This document shows positions 32,604 through 44,956 of a stretch of 64,000 nucleotides of DNA, piece by piece. This stretch comes from Candidatus Spongiisociaceae bacterium. Its GTDB lineage: Bacteria > Actinomycetota > Acidimicrobiia > Spongiisociales > Spongiisociaceae. Location of the stretch: the NCBI GenBank assembly GCA_965262915.1, contig OZ253564.1, positions 4,991,039-5,055,038 of the forward strand. Direction: 5' to 3'. Position 1 is the stretch's first letter. Each line of letters starts with the position of its first letter. The notes under the pieces were generated by a model. It was not told where the DNA came from. It was given only the letters and a program-made list of their open reading frames with translations, and did not search any database. Made by a program: the position numbers and the translations under genes.

Positions 32604-33983
32604 TCAGTGGGCGGCCCCGTCCCCTGCCACCGATGGCTCACTGGTCTCCGGAACTGATCGGAGAACCAGGTAACCGAGGATCCCGGCGATGATCGAGCCC
32701 AAGAAGATGCCGATCTTGGCCAGGTCGATGGTCGCCTGGTCCGTGTACGCCAACTCGGCGATGAACAGAGCCACGGTGAAGCCCACCCCCGCCAGCATTC
32801 CGGTGCCCGTCATGTGCCGCCAGCCGACCCCTGAGGGCAGGCGGCCCCAACCCAGCTTGACCACCAGCCAGGCAAAACCCGTCACGCCCACCGTCTTACC
32901 GACCACCAAGCCGAGCGCCACGCCGAGCGCGACCCTCGAGGTGACCGAGTCGATCAGGTCTATCCCGGCAAGAGAGATTCCCGCATTGGCCAGGGCGAAT
33001 ATCGGAACGATGACGAAGGCGCTCCAGTCGTTGAGGAGATGCTGGATACGGGACACCGGCGCGATCGACTCCCTGGCCACGTCGGAGAGCAGCCGGGCCT
33101 CGTACTCGACCTTTTCCCGGAAGCGTGGCTCGGGGGAGGTGGTCGGGTAGATCTCGACGATGCGCCGGGCGGCACGGTCGAATTCCCGGGCCTCGTAGAG
33201 AGGACGGGAGGGGGTTATGAACCCGAGAATGACACCAGCGATGGTGGCGTGGACTCCTGATTCGAGGAACCCGAACCAAGCGATGATCGCCATCGGCACG
33301 TAGAAGATGTGTGAGCGGATGTTGACCTTCGTCGCCACCGCTATCACGACCAATGCTGCTATCCCGACAGCGAGGTATCCGAAGTTGAGATCCGACGTGT
33401 AGAAGAGGGCGATGACGATGATGGCGCCGATGTCGTCCGCGATGGCCACCGCCAGCAGGAACAACCGAACGCCGACCGGCGCCCGGGAGCCGACCAGCGC
33501 CAGCACACCGAGCGAGAACGCGATATCGGTCGCCATCGGAACTCCCCATCCCCGCAGGGACGCTGCGTCGCCGGCATTGAAGGCCACGTAGATGAGCGCC
33601 GGCAGGAGCATGCCTCCAAGAGCGGCCACCACCGGCAGAGCAGCCTTGCGCGGGTCGCGCAGCTCTCCCAGGACCAGTTCCCGCTTGATCTCCAGTCCCA
33701 CCACCAGAAAGAAGATCGCCATCAACCCGTCGTTGACCAGGTGTTTGAAGTCTTCGTACAAGTGGATCGGCCCGAGAGACAGGTCCAGATGGGAGTTGAG
33801 CCAGAAGTCCTGGTACGAGCTACCGAATGTCGGGAGGTTCGCCCAGAGCATGGCGACCACCGCAGCACCTACCAGGACGATCCCCGAGGCGGCCGACGTC
33901 TGAGTCAGGCGCAGGGCCGGGCGGACGAACGTCTTGGGTATGAACCTATCGGAAGCGATCCAATTCTTCTTCTCGGATGTCAC
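32604..33983 (-). CDS. nhaA: Na+/H+ antiporter NhaA
   Basis: [43 protein letters not shown]. Confidence 0.95.
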   Translation of the reverse strand: MTSEKKNWIASDRFIPKTFVRPALRLTQTSAASGIVLVGAAVVAMLWANLPTFGSSYQDFWLNSHLDLSLGPIHLYEDFKHLVNDGLMAIFFLVVGLEIKRELVLGELRDPRKAALPVVAALGGMLLPALIYVAFNAGDAASLRGWGVPMATDIAFSLGVLALVGSRAPVGVRLFLLAVAIADDIGAIIVIALFYTSDLNFGYLAVGIAALVVIAVATKVNIRSHIFYVPMAIIAWFGFLESGVHATIAGVILGFITPSRPLYEAREFDRAARRIVEIYPTTSPEPRFREKVEYEARLLSDVARESIAPVSRIQHLLNDWSAFVIVPIFALANAGISLAGIDLIDSVTSRVALGVALGLVVGKTVGVTGFAWLVVKLGWGRLPSGVGWRHMTGTGMLAGVGFTVALFIAELAYTDQATIDLAKIGIFLGSIIAGILGYLVLRSVPETSEPSVAGDGAAH

Positions 33984-34078
33984 GGCGTAGCGAGACTAGC
34001 AACCCGGTACCGGTATCCTGGCCGGGTCGCACGGTTTCCGACTATCTGTTGGGACCTTCCCTGGTTAGCGTCCCCGGC

Positions 34079-34483
34079 ATGGCTGGACTGGTCAAGAGCA
34101 GAGCGCTGCGTATCGTGTTGATGGGACTCGGCCTGCTCTTCGTGGGGATCGGGTTCGTGGGAGCGTTCCTTCCGCTGGTTCCGACCACAGGCCCGGTGCT
34201 GCTGGCCGCTTTCCTCTTCTCGATCTCGTCGGTGCGCTTCGATCACTGGTTGACGAACCACCGCATCTTCGGTTCCATCGTGCGAGATTGGCGCGCCGGA
34301 CGGGGATTCACGATGCGGCTCAAGCTGGCCGCCATCGTCGCCATCGCGGCGACCTTCACAATCACGGTGGCATTCGCAATAGACAGTACGCTGGTCCGAG
34401 TGCTGCTGATCGGGCTCGCGGTCGGCTTGGTCGTCTACATCCTTCAGTTGCCTACCAAGCGACAGGTGCCAGGTGCCAGGTGA
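34079..34483 (+). CDS. YbaN/DUF454 membrane protein
   Basis: G..GAFLPLVPTT...LLAA..F..SS.RF..WL.NH..FG..V.DW. Confidence 0.85.
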   Translation: MAGLVKSRALRIVLMGLGLLFVGIGFVGAFLPLVPTTGPVLLAAFLFSISSVRFDHWLTNHRIFGSIVRDWRAGRGFTMRLKLAAIVAIAATFTITVAFAIDSTLVRVLLIGLAVGLVVYILQLPTKRQVPGAR

Positions 34484-34683
34484 CAGGTCTCAGGTGCTAG
34501 GTGACAGTCGTCAGGTGCCGGGTGCCAGGTGCCGGGTGTCAGAAGTGGTGGACCCCATTAGGTGCCAGGACCGACAAGTGACGACACAACTCAAAGACAC
34601 CGAGAACCCCTCAGTCCCACCAGCCACCACTGACACCTAGCACCTGAGACCTGACACCTGAGACCCGGCACCTGGCACCTGGC
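34463..34683. repeat. Inverted arrays of degenerate heptamers (CAGGTGC-like)
   Basis: Left arm about 34463-34541 (CAGGTGC/CAGGTGA/CAGGTCT); right arm about 34631-34683 is the complement. Confidence 0.85.
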
Positions 34684-37326
34684 CTAAAAGTGTGCTATTG
34701 CCTCGATGACGTTGAGCTTGGCGGCGCGCCGGGCGGGGAAGACGGCGAAGAGGATCCCCAGGATGCCGGTGGCCACCAGCCAGAACACCAGGCTTCCGAG
34801 AACGCCGGAGACCGACACCGAACTTGGCAGCCAGGGGACTACGAAGGTCGATAACCCGAGGTCCGCCAGCGCCCTTATCAGCGCCCAGCCGAAGAAGATC
34901 CCCAAGCCGATCCCCATGAGGGCGCCGAACACCGAGACGATGGACGCCTCGGACCGAACCATCCATCTGGTGGTCCTGCGGTCCAGGCCCACCGCCCGCA
35001 GGAGGCCGATCTCGCGGGTGCGTTCGAACACCGAGAGGGCCATGGTGTTGGTGACCCCCAGCATCCCGATCACGACGGCCAGGGCCAGCAGGGCCAGGAT
35101 GAAGTTGAGCAACCCGTTCAGCTGGCCCTCGGCCTCGCTCTGCAGATCATCGAAGGTCTGAACCGTCAGGTTGGGGAAGTCCGCCAGCAGCGGCTCGATG
35201 GCAGCCTTGAGTTCGTCCGCGGTGACGCCTTCCGCCGCCTTCACATCGACCTGGGAGTGCTGGTCTATGCCGTAAACCTCTATCCAGTCAGCCGCGGGGA
35301 TGGCGATGATCCCGGCCCATGCACGCCCTTCGACGATGCCCACCAGGGTGAAGGGACGCTCACCGGACTGCTCGAACTCGAGGACGAGGGTGTCGCCCAA
35401 CGCGAACCCGTTGTCCTCCGCGATCGCCGCCTCCACGATGAGCTCTCCGGACCCCGGACTGAGTGTTCCCTGGAAGTCATCGGGGGGTATGAAGTCGGCG
35501 AGGTTGGCCTCGGCGCCGGTGATGAAGGTCTCCAGGATGTTGACCTCGGTCTCACCGTGTGCGATCTCGGTTTCGGAGACGATCCTCCCCCAGCCTGCAT
35601 GGATCCGGGTCAGGTCGTCCACCTCGTCGAGTTGTCTCACCCGCTCCGCAATCTCCGATGTGAAACCCTGAGTCTGGACGGAGATCTGCCCGGCGCGCCG
35701 TACGATCACCTCCGCATCGACATCGTTGGCGAGCACGTCGTCGATCGTCCCTCGTATCGAGCCGGTGAGGGTGGAGGCCAGCGCAACAAGCGTGATGCTG
35801 ATCATCACCGCAGCGGCGGTAGCCGCCGTCCGGCGGGGGCTCCGCATGGCGTTCCGCCGGGCGAGCTTGCCGGAAGTACCCAGCAGCCGCTCCAGAACCA
35901 TTCCTAAGAGGTTGGTTATGGGCCGGGCCGCCAGCGGGCTGAGCACGAACATGGCGATGAAGATCACGCCGGTTCCCACTCCGACGTAGACGATCGGACT
36001 CGGCCCCGAGCCGGTGTCTCCGTTCAGGCCGAAGAAGAGAGCCGCCAGCCCCAGGGCCAGGATCAGCCCGCCCGCCAGGGTGCGCCTCAGGAATCCTGCC
36101 CGAGCCGGACCGGCGGCATCCTCCCTGAGAGCGGCCATCACCGAGACCTTCGAAGCGCGCCGGGCCGGAACCAGGGCGGCGATCAGGGTGATCACCACGC
36201 CCGCCGCCAAGCCGACGATCACGGTGCGGGGCTTGATCGATAACGTGGTGGTCGGCAGCTCGATCCCCACCGCCGGAAGTATCTGCTGCAGGCCGAAGGC
36301 GATCATCACCCCGAAACCAACACCGAGGAGGGCGCCTATCGCTCCGATGATCAGGGCCTCGAGGAGGACTATGCCCCGGACCTGGCGGGCCCCGGCCCCC
36401 AGAGCCCTCAGCAACGCCAACTCCCTGGTCCGCTGGGTCACCACGATCCGGAAGGTGTTGTAGATGAGGAAGGAACCGACGAACAGGGCCACCCATCCGA
36501 ACACCGATAGGAAGACGCTGAAGAAGGAGAGAGCGGACTGGATCTCCGCAGCCTCCTCCTCGGCCGCGTCCTGGCCCGACACCACGGTGGCATTGTCGGG
36601 CAATACGGCCTCGATACGGGGAATCACCTCGTCCACCGTGGCTCCCGGTGTGACCTGCACGGAACCTCCGGACAGCTTGCCGGGGCGCTGCAGGACCGCC
36701 TGGGCCGTGGGCAGGTCGAAGAAGACCCATTTGGTCCCCCCGAGGCTGCTGTCCTCGCCGAACACGGCGATCCCCGCCAAGGTCAACTCGAGGCGACCGA
36801 CCAGATCCGAGATCACCGTGACCCTGTCCCCGATCTCGAAACCGCCCAACTCGGCCGTACCGCGGTCCAGGGCCACCTGGTCCCTTCCTGCGGGGTAGGC
36901 GCCTTCGGAGATGGTGAAGCCACCCGTGTCGTCGTAGGTCGTGGTCCCGGTGGGCTCTGTGAGGTTGTTGACGAAAGTGGGCGGTCCTGGACCGCCGCTC
37001 AGCAACTCGCCCTCAGAGTCCAGGATCGTGACACCCATACCCTGTATGTAGGGAAAGGCCTGCTCGACCCCCTCGAGATCGTCGATCAACGCGAAGTCGG
37101 ACTCGTCGAGGTAGGTCCCCTCACCGAGGGCGAAGTCGGACTCGGTGCCGACCGCGATGTCGATCCCCGCATAGGCGTCGGCGAAGATCGCGTCGAAGGC
37201 CTTGCCGATGGTGTCGGTGAACACGTAGACCCCGCTGATCAGCCCGACGCCGAGGATGATCGCCAGGGCGGTGAGGAGCAGGCGGATCTTGTGGGCCCAC
37301 ACACCCTTGAGGGACACGCGGAGCAT
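34684..37326 (-). CDS. ABC transporter permease (double FtsX/MacB type)
   Basis: Two NT...V.(Q/E)RTRE..LLRA.G motifs. Confidence 0.92.
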   Translation of the reverse strand: MLRVSLKGVWAHKIRLLLTALAIILGVGLISGVYVFTDTIGKAFDAIFADAYAGIDIAVGTESDFALGEGTYLDESDFALIDDLEGVEQAFPYIQGMGVTILDSEGELLSGGPGPPTFVNNLTEPTGTTTYDDTGGFTISEGAYPAGRDQVALDRGTAELGGFEIGDRVTVISDLVGRLELTLAGIAVFGEDSSLGGTKWVFFDLPTAQAVLQRPGKLSGGSVQVTPGATVDEVIPRIEAVLPDNATVVSGQDAAEEEAAEIQSALSFFSVFLSVFGWVALFVGSFLIYNTFRIVVTQRTRELALLRALGAGARQVRGIVLLEALIIGAIGALLGVGFGVMIAFGLQQILPAVGIELPTTTLSIKPRTVIVGLAAGVVITLIAALVPARRASKVSVMAALREDAAGPARAGFLRRTLAGGLILALGLAALFFGLNGDTGSGPSPIVYVGVGTGVIFIAMFVLSPLAARPITNLLGMVLERLLGTSGKLARRNAMRSPRRTAATAAAVMISITLVALASTLTGSIRGTIDDVLANDVDAEVIVRRAGQISVQTQGFTSEIAERVRQLDEVDDLTRIHAGWGRIVSETEIAHGETEVNILETFITGAEANLADFIPPDDFQGTLSPGSGELIVEAAIAEDNGFALGDTLVLEFEQSGERPFTLVGIVEGRAWAGIIAIPAADWIEVYGIDQHSQVDVKAAEGVTADELKAAIEPLLADFPNLTVQTFDDLQSEAEGQLNGLLNFILALLALAVVIGMLGVTNTMALSVFERTREIGLLRAVGLDRRTTRWMVRSEASIVSVFGALMGIGLGIFFGWALIRALADLGLSTFVVPWLPSSVSVSGVLGSLVFWLVATGILGILFAVFPARRAAKLNVIEAIAHF

Positions 37327-38054
37327 CAGCGCTCCAGTTTCTTGATGCGGTCGAGGACCCTGTCGGAGGTGGGATCGACCATGGTGTCCACCACCCGTCC
37401 ATCGGCCAGGAACACGATCCGGTCGGCGTAGCTGGCCGCTACCGCATCGTGGGTCACCATGACGATCGTCTGGCCGTGTTTCCGCACCGCATCCTGCAGG
37501 AACTCGAGCAGTTCGGCACTGGCCGTCGAGTCGAGATTGCCGGTCGGCTCATCGGCGAAGATGATGTCGGGCCGGGACACCATCGCCCGGGCCGCCGCCA
37601 CGCGCTGCTGCTGTCCCCCCGACAGTTCGCTGGGACGGTGGCCGAGCCGGTCGGACATCCCGAGGGTCTCGACCACCTCGGTGAACCAGTCGGTGTCCGC
37701 CTTCCGGCCGGCCAGATCGAGGGGAAGGGTGATGTTCTCCCGAGCGGTCAGGGTAGGGACCAGGTTGAAGGCCTGGAATACGAAACCGATACGCTCTCGC
37801 CTGAGCTTGGTGAGTTCCTTGTCGCTCATGGTCGAGAGATCCTGGTCCCCGACATAGACGGTGCCCTCGGTCACATCGTCCAGTCCCGCCATGCAGTGCA
37901 TCAGCGTCGACTTGCCGGAACCGGACGGCCCCATGACCGCGGTGTACCGACCTCGATCGAAGGACACCGACAGCTCATCGAGGGCCGTGACCCTGGTGTC
38001 GCCCCATCCGTACACCTTGGTGACGCGTTCGGCCCGGGCCGCGGCGTGGTTCAT
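37326..38054 (-). CDS. ABC transporter ATP-binding protein (LolD/MacB-like)
   Basis: GPSGSGKST, LSGGQQQR, ADEPTGNLD. Confidence 0.95.
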   Translation of the reverse strand: MNHAAARAERVTKVYGWGDTRVTALDELSVSFDRGRYTAVMGPSGSGKSTLMHCMAGLDDVTEGTVYVGDQDLSTMSDKELTKLRRERIGFVFQAFNLVPTLTARENITLPLDLAGRKADTDWFTEVVETLGMSDRLGHRPSELSGGQQQRVAAARAMVSRPDIIFADEPTGNLDSTASAELLEFLQDAVRKHGQTIVMVTHDAVAASYADRIVFLADGRVVDTMVDPTSDRVLDRIKKLER

Positions 38055-38383
38055 AAGGAAATCCTTTCGGGAGAGTTCATTGCGTCAGCCCGCCCATCTC
38101 CCACGAGCTGCTACCGGCAACGGACCTACTGTCCATCATTTCAGATGGCGAGTCCATAGGGGATCACCCTTCCGATACCCTGATCCGCCCTGAGGCAGGA
38201 GGGGATACCCCCGAATCTGACGATAGTCAACTGCCGTTACTAGGCGAATACGGTCTCGTATCGCCCTCTCCGGCAATCGGGTCGGTCTCAGCTTCAGAGT
38301 CGGCGAATGGACGTCGAACCCGAGCCACGGCTTGACCGGTGGGTTCCGGCCCTCGGGCATGGCGGTTATCCTGCCCCCTCACG

Positions 38384-39043
38384 ATGCGCTTGGTGATCGC
38401 CCGTTGTTCTGTGGACTATCGAGGTCGTCTCACCGCGCATCTCCCGGCTGCCACCCGTCTGATCATGGTGAAAGCGGACGGCTGCGTGGCTATCCATGCC
38501 GACGGCGGAGCCTACAAACCGCTCAACTGGATGAACGCTCCCAACACACTGGTCGAGGAGGATGCCCGCTGGTTGGTAACCAACCCGAAAGGGGAGGAAC
38601 TCGACATACGTATCGAGGAGGTGATCTCGGATGCGCGGTTTGAGTTGGGTGTCGATCCCGGTCTCGAGAAGGACGGTGTGGAATCCCACCTGCAGGAGCT
38701 GCTGGCCGCCAAACCGCAGGTTCTCGAGGAAGGCCTCGAACTGGTCCGGCGCGAGTACCCCACCGACATCGGACCGGTGGACCTGTTGTGCCGGTCACCC
38801 GACGGGGACACCGTGGCTGTGGAGATAAAACGGAGGGGTGAGATGGACGGGGTGGAACAACTCACCCGCTATCTGGACCGCCTCAACAACGATTCCCGTC
38901 TGCACCCGTTGCGCGGGATCCTGGCCGCAGTGGCCATCGCCCCGCAGGCGAAGGTGCTGGCGGGTGCCCGGGGGATCCGCTGCGTAGAGATCGACTACGA
39001 GGAGTTGCGCGGCATCCCGTCCAACAATCTCCGACTCTTCTAG
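38384..39043 (+). CDS. nucS: Mismatch-specific endonuclease NucS/EndoMS
   Basis: [49 protein letters not shown]. Confidence 0.95.
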   Translation: MRLVIARCSVDYRGRLTAHLPAATRLIMVKADGCVAIHADGGAYKPLNWMNAPNTLVEEDARWLVTNPKGEELDIRIEEVISDARFELGVDPGLEKDGVESHLQELLAAKPQVLEEGLELVRREYPTDIGPVDLLCRSPDGDTVAVEIKRRGEMDGVEQLTRYLDRLNNDSRLHPLRGILAAVAIAPQAKVLAGARGIRCVEIDYEELRGIPSNNLRLF

Positions 39044-39057
39044 GAGGGTGGCCTCCC

Positions 39058-39522
39058 ATGTTCCAAGTGGTTCTCTACCGCCCGGAGATCCCTCCCAACA
39101 CCGGCAACATCATCCGGATGTGCGCCAACACCGGGGCCGCCCTCCACTTGATCCATCCCCTGGGATTCTCGATGGACGACGCCCGGCTCCGGAGAGCGGG
39201 ACTCGACTACCGGGAGTTCGCGGATGTCAGGGAGCACGCCGACTTCGACGCTTATCTGGAGGCGGGCCGGCCTGATCGGCTCTTCGCGCTCTCGGGTGCG
39301 GGAACCGGTTGGCACACCGAATGCATCTTCCGGGCGGGAGATGCCTTCCTGTTCGGTCCGGAAAGCGTGGGCCTCGGTGATCGGCTGCTGACCCATAGGG
39401 CGCTGACCGACGTTCTCCGGATACCGATGCTTCCCGATCGTCGAAGCCTCAACCTGGCGAACTCGGTAGCCATCGTCCTGTTCGAGGCTTGGCGCCAACT
39501 CGGATTCCGGGGAGGCGTGTGA
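39058..39522 (+). CDS. trmL: tRNA (cytidine34-2'-O)-methyltransferase
   Basis: PEIPPNTGNI.R.CA, LRRAGLDY, FGPES.GL, RSLNLANS. Confidence 0.95.
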   Translation: MFQVVLYRPEIPPNTGNIIRMCANTGAALHLIHPLGFSMDDARLRRAGLDYREFADVREHADFDAYLEAGRPDRLFALSGAGTGWHTECIFRAGDAFLFGPESVGLGDRLLTHRALTDVLRIPMLPDRRSLNLANSVAIVLFEAWRQLGFRGGV

Positions 39523-39537
39523 AGGATCCCGAACCGG

Positions 39538-40914
<1,377 letters not shown>

Positions 40915-40988
40915 TCACCGGTCTGGATCATCAGCCCACCTCCCGAAACCTATGCGCGAACCCGAGCAACCGCTTACCGGTCACGAGC

Positions 40989-41434
40989 CTACCCGTTGCG
41001 GCCCGGAGATCCGGGCCCGCCGGCAGCGCGCCAAAGGCGGACCGCATGCACCGAGAAGACGGCCGACAGCATGATCTCGATGTATGGCCAGACGGTCGAG
41101 CCGGTCAGATCGGGATACTCTCCCCACACCGCCCCGAACCAGTTGGTCACGAAGACCAGCACCAGCAGGACCGTCCCACACAACAACACGTTCGACCCCG
41201 GCGACCGGCGGGGTCAGCGGTGGCCTCGTCACCGTTTTCGTGCTGCTCCCGAACCGCGGTTACCAGGATCAGGACGAACCCGACCGCCCGGAGCCATTCG
41301 ATCACCCGCCAAGTGGTTGCTGCCGCGGCGATGGTGTTACCGGCCGCGTCGTACTCGTACGGCGGGAATACAGTGAAGTACACCGCGCCCCCGATTGCAA
41401 CCACGCCGAGGTTGAGACCCATCGCGCGCTTCAT
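40989..41434 (-). pseudogene. Small membrane protein, probably frameshifted near 41200
   Basis: Two overlapping ORFs, each with about two hydrophobic helices. Confidence 0.4.
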
Positions 41435-41672
41435 GTCCTTGCATAGACCTCAACCGGATGGGCGGTGCCGTCGAAGACCGGGCCGGGTCAACGTAAGCTC
41501 TGTTCGCGTCACCCGCGCCGAGGTTACCCGCCGACATGGCTCGATTGTCGCACCACTGGCACAACCGCAGATCCGTGTCGCTGGTGGACCAACCATCGGA
41601 CTTCTCAGGGCAGCCCCGTGAACGGCAAAGATCCCGAAGATTGCCGGGATGCCGGAGCACCGCTGATCGAGG

Positions 41673-41909
41673 TCATAGGGACGGGTCGATGACTTGGCCG
41701 ATTTCGTGCCGGACGGCATCCGGGTCGACGTGAGCCAGGTCGCGCCAGCGTGACAGCAGCGTTGCCGGGCTCGGTCCTCTACGGGGCAAGGGGCGAAGCT
41801 CCGCCACCGGTCGGCCGGACCGGGTCACCGTGTGGCCTTCTCCGGCTTGTACGCGATCAATGACCGCGCGCCCATGATCTCGGGGTTCCCGGATTGTGAC
41901 TTCGCCCAT
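41673..41909 (-). CDS. Phd/YefM-family antitoxin (no adjacent toxin recognised)
   Basis: VTIRE.R.HG..VIDRVQAGE..TVTRSGRPVAEL.P. Confidence 0.7.
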   Translation of the reverse strand: MGEVTIREPRDHGRAVIDRVQAGEGHTVTRSGRPVAELRPLPRRGPSPATLLSRWRDLAHVDPDAVRHEIGQVIDPSL

Positions 41910-42033
41910 GGGAATAGTGTCTCAGACGTGATGCACAACAGATCGGCGCGTTGGCCCGGGCCTGCGCCCTCGGCCGGCAGAGGTCCCTGGCCGTAAGGAC
42001 GGTACACTAGCGCCTTGTTAGGAGGGTTGGATC

Positions 42034-43266
42034 GTGCGACAAGGGCTTGAAGAAACATTCGTAGCGCCGGACACGGTGTTTCGTTTCGCGAGCCCCAGCC
42101 AGATCCTGTACGGCAGGGGCGCGGCGACCCGGTTCGCTGAGCCCTTCGGTCAGCTAGTCGGCGGGGCGCGTGATCGGGCGGTACTGGTCGTGACCGACGA
42201 GATACTGCTCGAAGTGGGAATCGCCGGGCCGGTCATCGACGCTCTCGCCGGAACGGGTATGCGCGTCGAGGTCTATGCACGCAAGCCCGAGGAGCCCACG
42301 GCGTCGGCGGTGAATGCTCTCGGGGAGCACACCGGCCGCCTCGACCCGGCGGGGGTCGTCGCCATCGGGGGAGGCGCCACCATGGACTCGGCCAAGAGCG
42401 CCCGGGTCCTTCACCAGTTCGGGGGCCGGATCGAGGACTACGAGGGGATCGGCATGGTTCCGGCACCGGCCACCATCCCCCTCGCCGCCATCGCCACCAC
42501 GTCCGGAACCGGATCGGAGACCGGCTACGCCGCCCTTTTCACCCATGAGGCCACCTCCACCAAGCGATTCGTGGGATCGCCCCACATGGTCCCGGACTTG
42601 GCGGTGGTCGATCCGGACCTCACCGCCTCGGTCCCTCCGGGTACCACCGCCCACACCGGGATCGACGCGCTCGCCCAGGCGATCGGGCCCTTCCTGTCGC
42701 CACTCCGGCACCCCGTCACCGACGTGCTGGCCCGTGAAGCGGTCCGGCTGCTCGGGGGCAACCTCCTCGACGTCTACCGGGACGGGAGCGACATGGCGGC
42801 CCGATCGGCGATGGCGTACGGAAGCCTGATGATGGGGCTGGCCATGAACAACGCCGAATGCATCGGCGAGCACTTCTTCGCCGAGATCGTCGGACCCCGG
42901 TACGCCATCCCGCACGGGGTCTCGGTGGGGATGTTCCTCCCCTACATCCTCCAGTTCAATCGGAATGTATCCGCTGCTCGCCTGGCCGCGCTGGCAGCGC
43001 TCTTCATCGACGATCCGGCGGAGGATGAGCAGGCAGCCATCGATCAGTTCGTCGGGTTCACCAACAGCCTTCTCGGTGAACTCAATCTACCTACCCTCAA
43101 GGACATCGGCGTGCGGTCCCGGCATCTGGACGAGCTCACCGACCACATATACGGGCACATCGGTATAGAACTCGACCTGAACCCCCGGCCGATGAACCGG
43201 GACGACTGCGCACGCATCCTTGGGGCCGCCTTCGATGAGATACCGGCCCTCGAAATGGCGGTGTGA
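42034..43266 (+). CDS. Iron-containing alcohol dehydrogenase family
   Basis: GGGATMDSAK, TTSGTGSE, VDPDLT, GIDAL, PHG. Confidence 0.9.
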   Translation: MRQGLEETFVAPDTVFRFASPSQILYGRGAATRFAEPFGQLVGGARDRAVLVVTDEILLEVGIAGPVIDALAGTGMRVEVYARKPEEPTASAVNALGEHTGRLDPAGVVAIGGGATMDSAKSARVLHQFGGRIEDYEGIGMVPAPATIPLAAIATTSGTGSETGYAALFTHEATSTKRFVGSPHMVPDLAVVDPDLTASVPPGTTAHTGIDALAQAIGPFLSPLRHPVTDVLAREAVRLLGGNLLDVYRDGSDMAARSAMAYGSLMMGLAMNNAECIGEHFFAEIVGPRYAIPHGVSVGMFLPYILQFNRNVSAARLAALAALFIDDPAEDEQAAIDQFVGFTNSLLGELNLPTLKDIGVRSRHLDELTDHIYGHIGIELDLNPRPMNRDDCARILGAAFDEIPALEMAV

Positions 43267-43291
43267 CCCGCCGAGATCCCCCGGCCCTCCC

Positions 43292-43689
43292 CTGGTGTCC
43301 CGAGTCTCTGGTTTCGCTGTGTTGCGGACCCGCATCGGCGCATGAGAGACACGCCGGCCCGCTCACAGAACCCCCGCCGGCCCGACCGTGCCGGTCACAA
43401 GAGGGTTGAGCGTGTCACACCCCCGTTGCATACTGGTAAGTAACCGTAAACACCACCGGTCCGTTTCCGGTACCGACCGGACCGAGGCAGGGATCATGTT
43501 GTCAAAGCCGTACCTCTCGGGGAGGGAGAAACGCGGTCGGAGCCGAGGAGGTGGCGGTTGGGGGAGGGCCCGCCGGTAGGGGTCCGGTCGGGTGTTTTTC
43601 GCGTTCTCGGTCACCTCGGGCCTGCCGGGCGGGTGGGAAGCACGGTTCATTCCGAATATCCGCAACGGATCCCCGAATCAGGGCACTAG
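43292..43689 (-). mobile_element. ~400-bp IR-bounded repeat, family C, copy 1
   Basis: Ends CTGGTGTCCCGAGTC / GAATCAGGGCACTAG; colinear with the reverse complement of 51344-51738. Confidence 0.75.
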
Positions 43690-43798
43690 GGGGGTGCTGA
43701 AAAGCGAATCTTGCTGGGTTCGCTGGTGGCAAACCATTTGGTCTGAGAGTTGTCGGCTACCGAGCGAACCCCTTTGTACGGGGTTTTTCGGCACCCTC
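43690..43798. mobile_element. 109-bp MITE with IS1182-like ends
   Basis: IRs GGGGGTGCTGAAAA / GAGGGTGCCGAAAA, CTAG/CTAC flanks, internal GGGTTCGCT..AGCGAACCC hairpin. Confidence 0.65.
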
Positions 43799-44587
43799 CT
43801 ACGCTCCGGCGGGGACCCCGACCCGGAACAACGCCTGCTGGATGGCCGGGTTGGTCCGGTCGAGCCTCCGGAGGGCCGCCCACATGGTGACCTGGTTGGC
43901 GGCAAGAACCGGCTTCCCCAGCTCTCGTTCCAGTTCGGAGATCAGCAGCAGGGTGGGGAGGTTGGTGCAGCTGAGAAACAGGGCGTCGGCATCGGCCGTG
44001 TCGGCCCGCCGGGCCAGCACCCGGATGGTGGCGGCGGAGACCTCCGAGATGTCCTGGCCGACTGCCAGATACGCAACCGACGGCACCTCCAACCCCGCCT
44101 CCTCGAGAAAGGACACCAGCCCTTTCGCCAGGTTCCGATCATGGGGGGTGGCGACCGCCAGGCTAGAGGCGCCGACCGCCTCGCTTGCCTCCAGCAGGGC
44201 ACCGCTGGTGGTAACGGCCTCGGAGCCGGTTGCCTTCGAGATCGTCTCCCTGAGCGAAAGCTCTCCTTCCATACCCCTCATGTAGCTGCCCGTGGTACAT
44301 CCGTACACCGTCACGGACGGGCGGGCGACCGCTATGGAAGCGGCGGCCTCCCGGACCACAACCTCATCGCTGACCTGTGCCACCAGGTCGGCGTCGATGA
44401 GGCCCTCCCGGGCAGGCGTTCGGGTCACATGGAGGCGGACACCGTCCGGCAGGTAGGCCCAGAGTTCGTCATCGAGAGCGAAGTCGAAAGGCACCACCAC
44501 CCCGATGCCTTGCGGCCACCGGTCGGGCGAGGCGGTCGCTTCGACCCGGACGTAGACGGTGTTGGGCGGGGGCACCTGTCGGGTCAC
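43799..44587 (-). CDS. Maleate isomerase / Asp-Glu racemase family (start uncertain)
   Basis: IGVVVPFDFALD.EL, YGCTTGS and LSCTNLP catalytic Cys, ANQVTMW. Confidence 0.85.
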   Translation of the reverse strand: MTRQVPPPNTVYVRVEATASPDRWPQGIGVVVPFDFALDDELWAYLPDGVRLHVTRTPAREGLIDADLVAQVSDEVVVREAAASIAVARPSVTVYGCTTGSYMRGMEGELSLRETISKATGSEAVTTSGALLEASEAVGASSLAVATPHDRNLAKGLVSFLEEAGLEVPSVAYLAVGQDISEVSAATIRVLARRADTADADALFLSCTNLPTLLLISELERELGKPVLAANQVTMWAALRRLDRTNPAIQQALFRVGVPAGA

Positions 44588-44799
44588 GGCAACTCTGCGT
44601 CGTAACGGGGTCCGCTGACCGGGTCGGGGGCGTACATCCGGGACACGTTTGCTACCTTTCTGATCCGACATACCCCACGGCGACTTTTCGACTGTCTGCG
44701 CCGCCGCGCGGTCACGTCCAACCATTCGAAGAGGTCCGGACGGCACAGTACTCGGGCCGGTAGGGACGCCATAAGTCCTCCTCGTAGACCTCACTCTAG

Positions 44800-44897
44800 G
44801 AGGGTGGTGCAAAACCCCTCACGGCCCGTCGACCGATGACATAATGCCTGTTCAGAGGAAGACGGGCCGTTGCTCCCCACCGTCTTGGACCACCCTC
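44800..44897. mobile_element. MITE family B, copy 2 (reverse orientation)
   Basis: CTAG before; IR GAGGGTGGT; internal GGCCCGTC..GACGGGCC. Confidence 0.7.
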
Positions 44898-44956
44898 CAA
44901 CGAGAGCTACCCGACTGCCCGGTACATAGCACAACCTCGGATCGCCGACCACCGGC

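Noticed and set aside
34463-34683. Heptamer arrays as a CRISPR array
   Set aside because: 7-bp units without spacers, in inverted arrangement; no cas genes recognised in the window.
27870-39043. Flap endonuclease and NucS as one repair system with the EndoIV-polymerase fusion
   Set aside because: They are more than 9 kb apart with unrelated genes between; no operon evidence.
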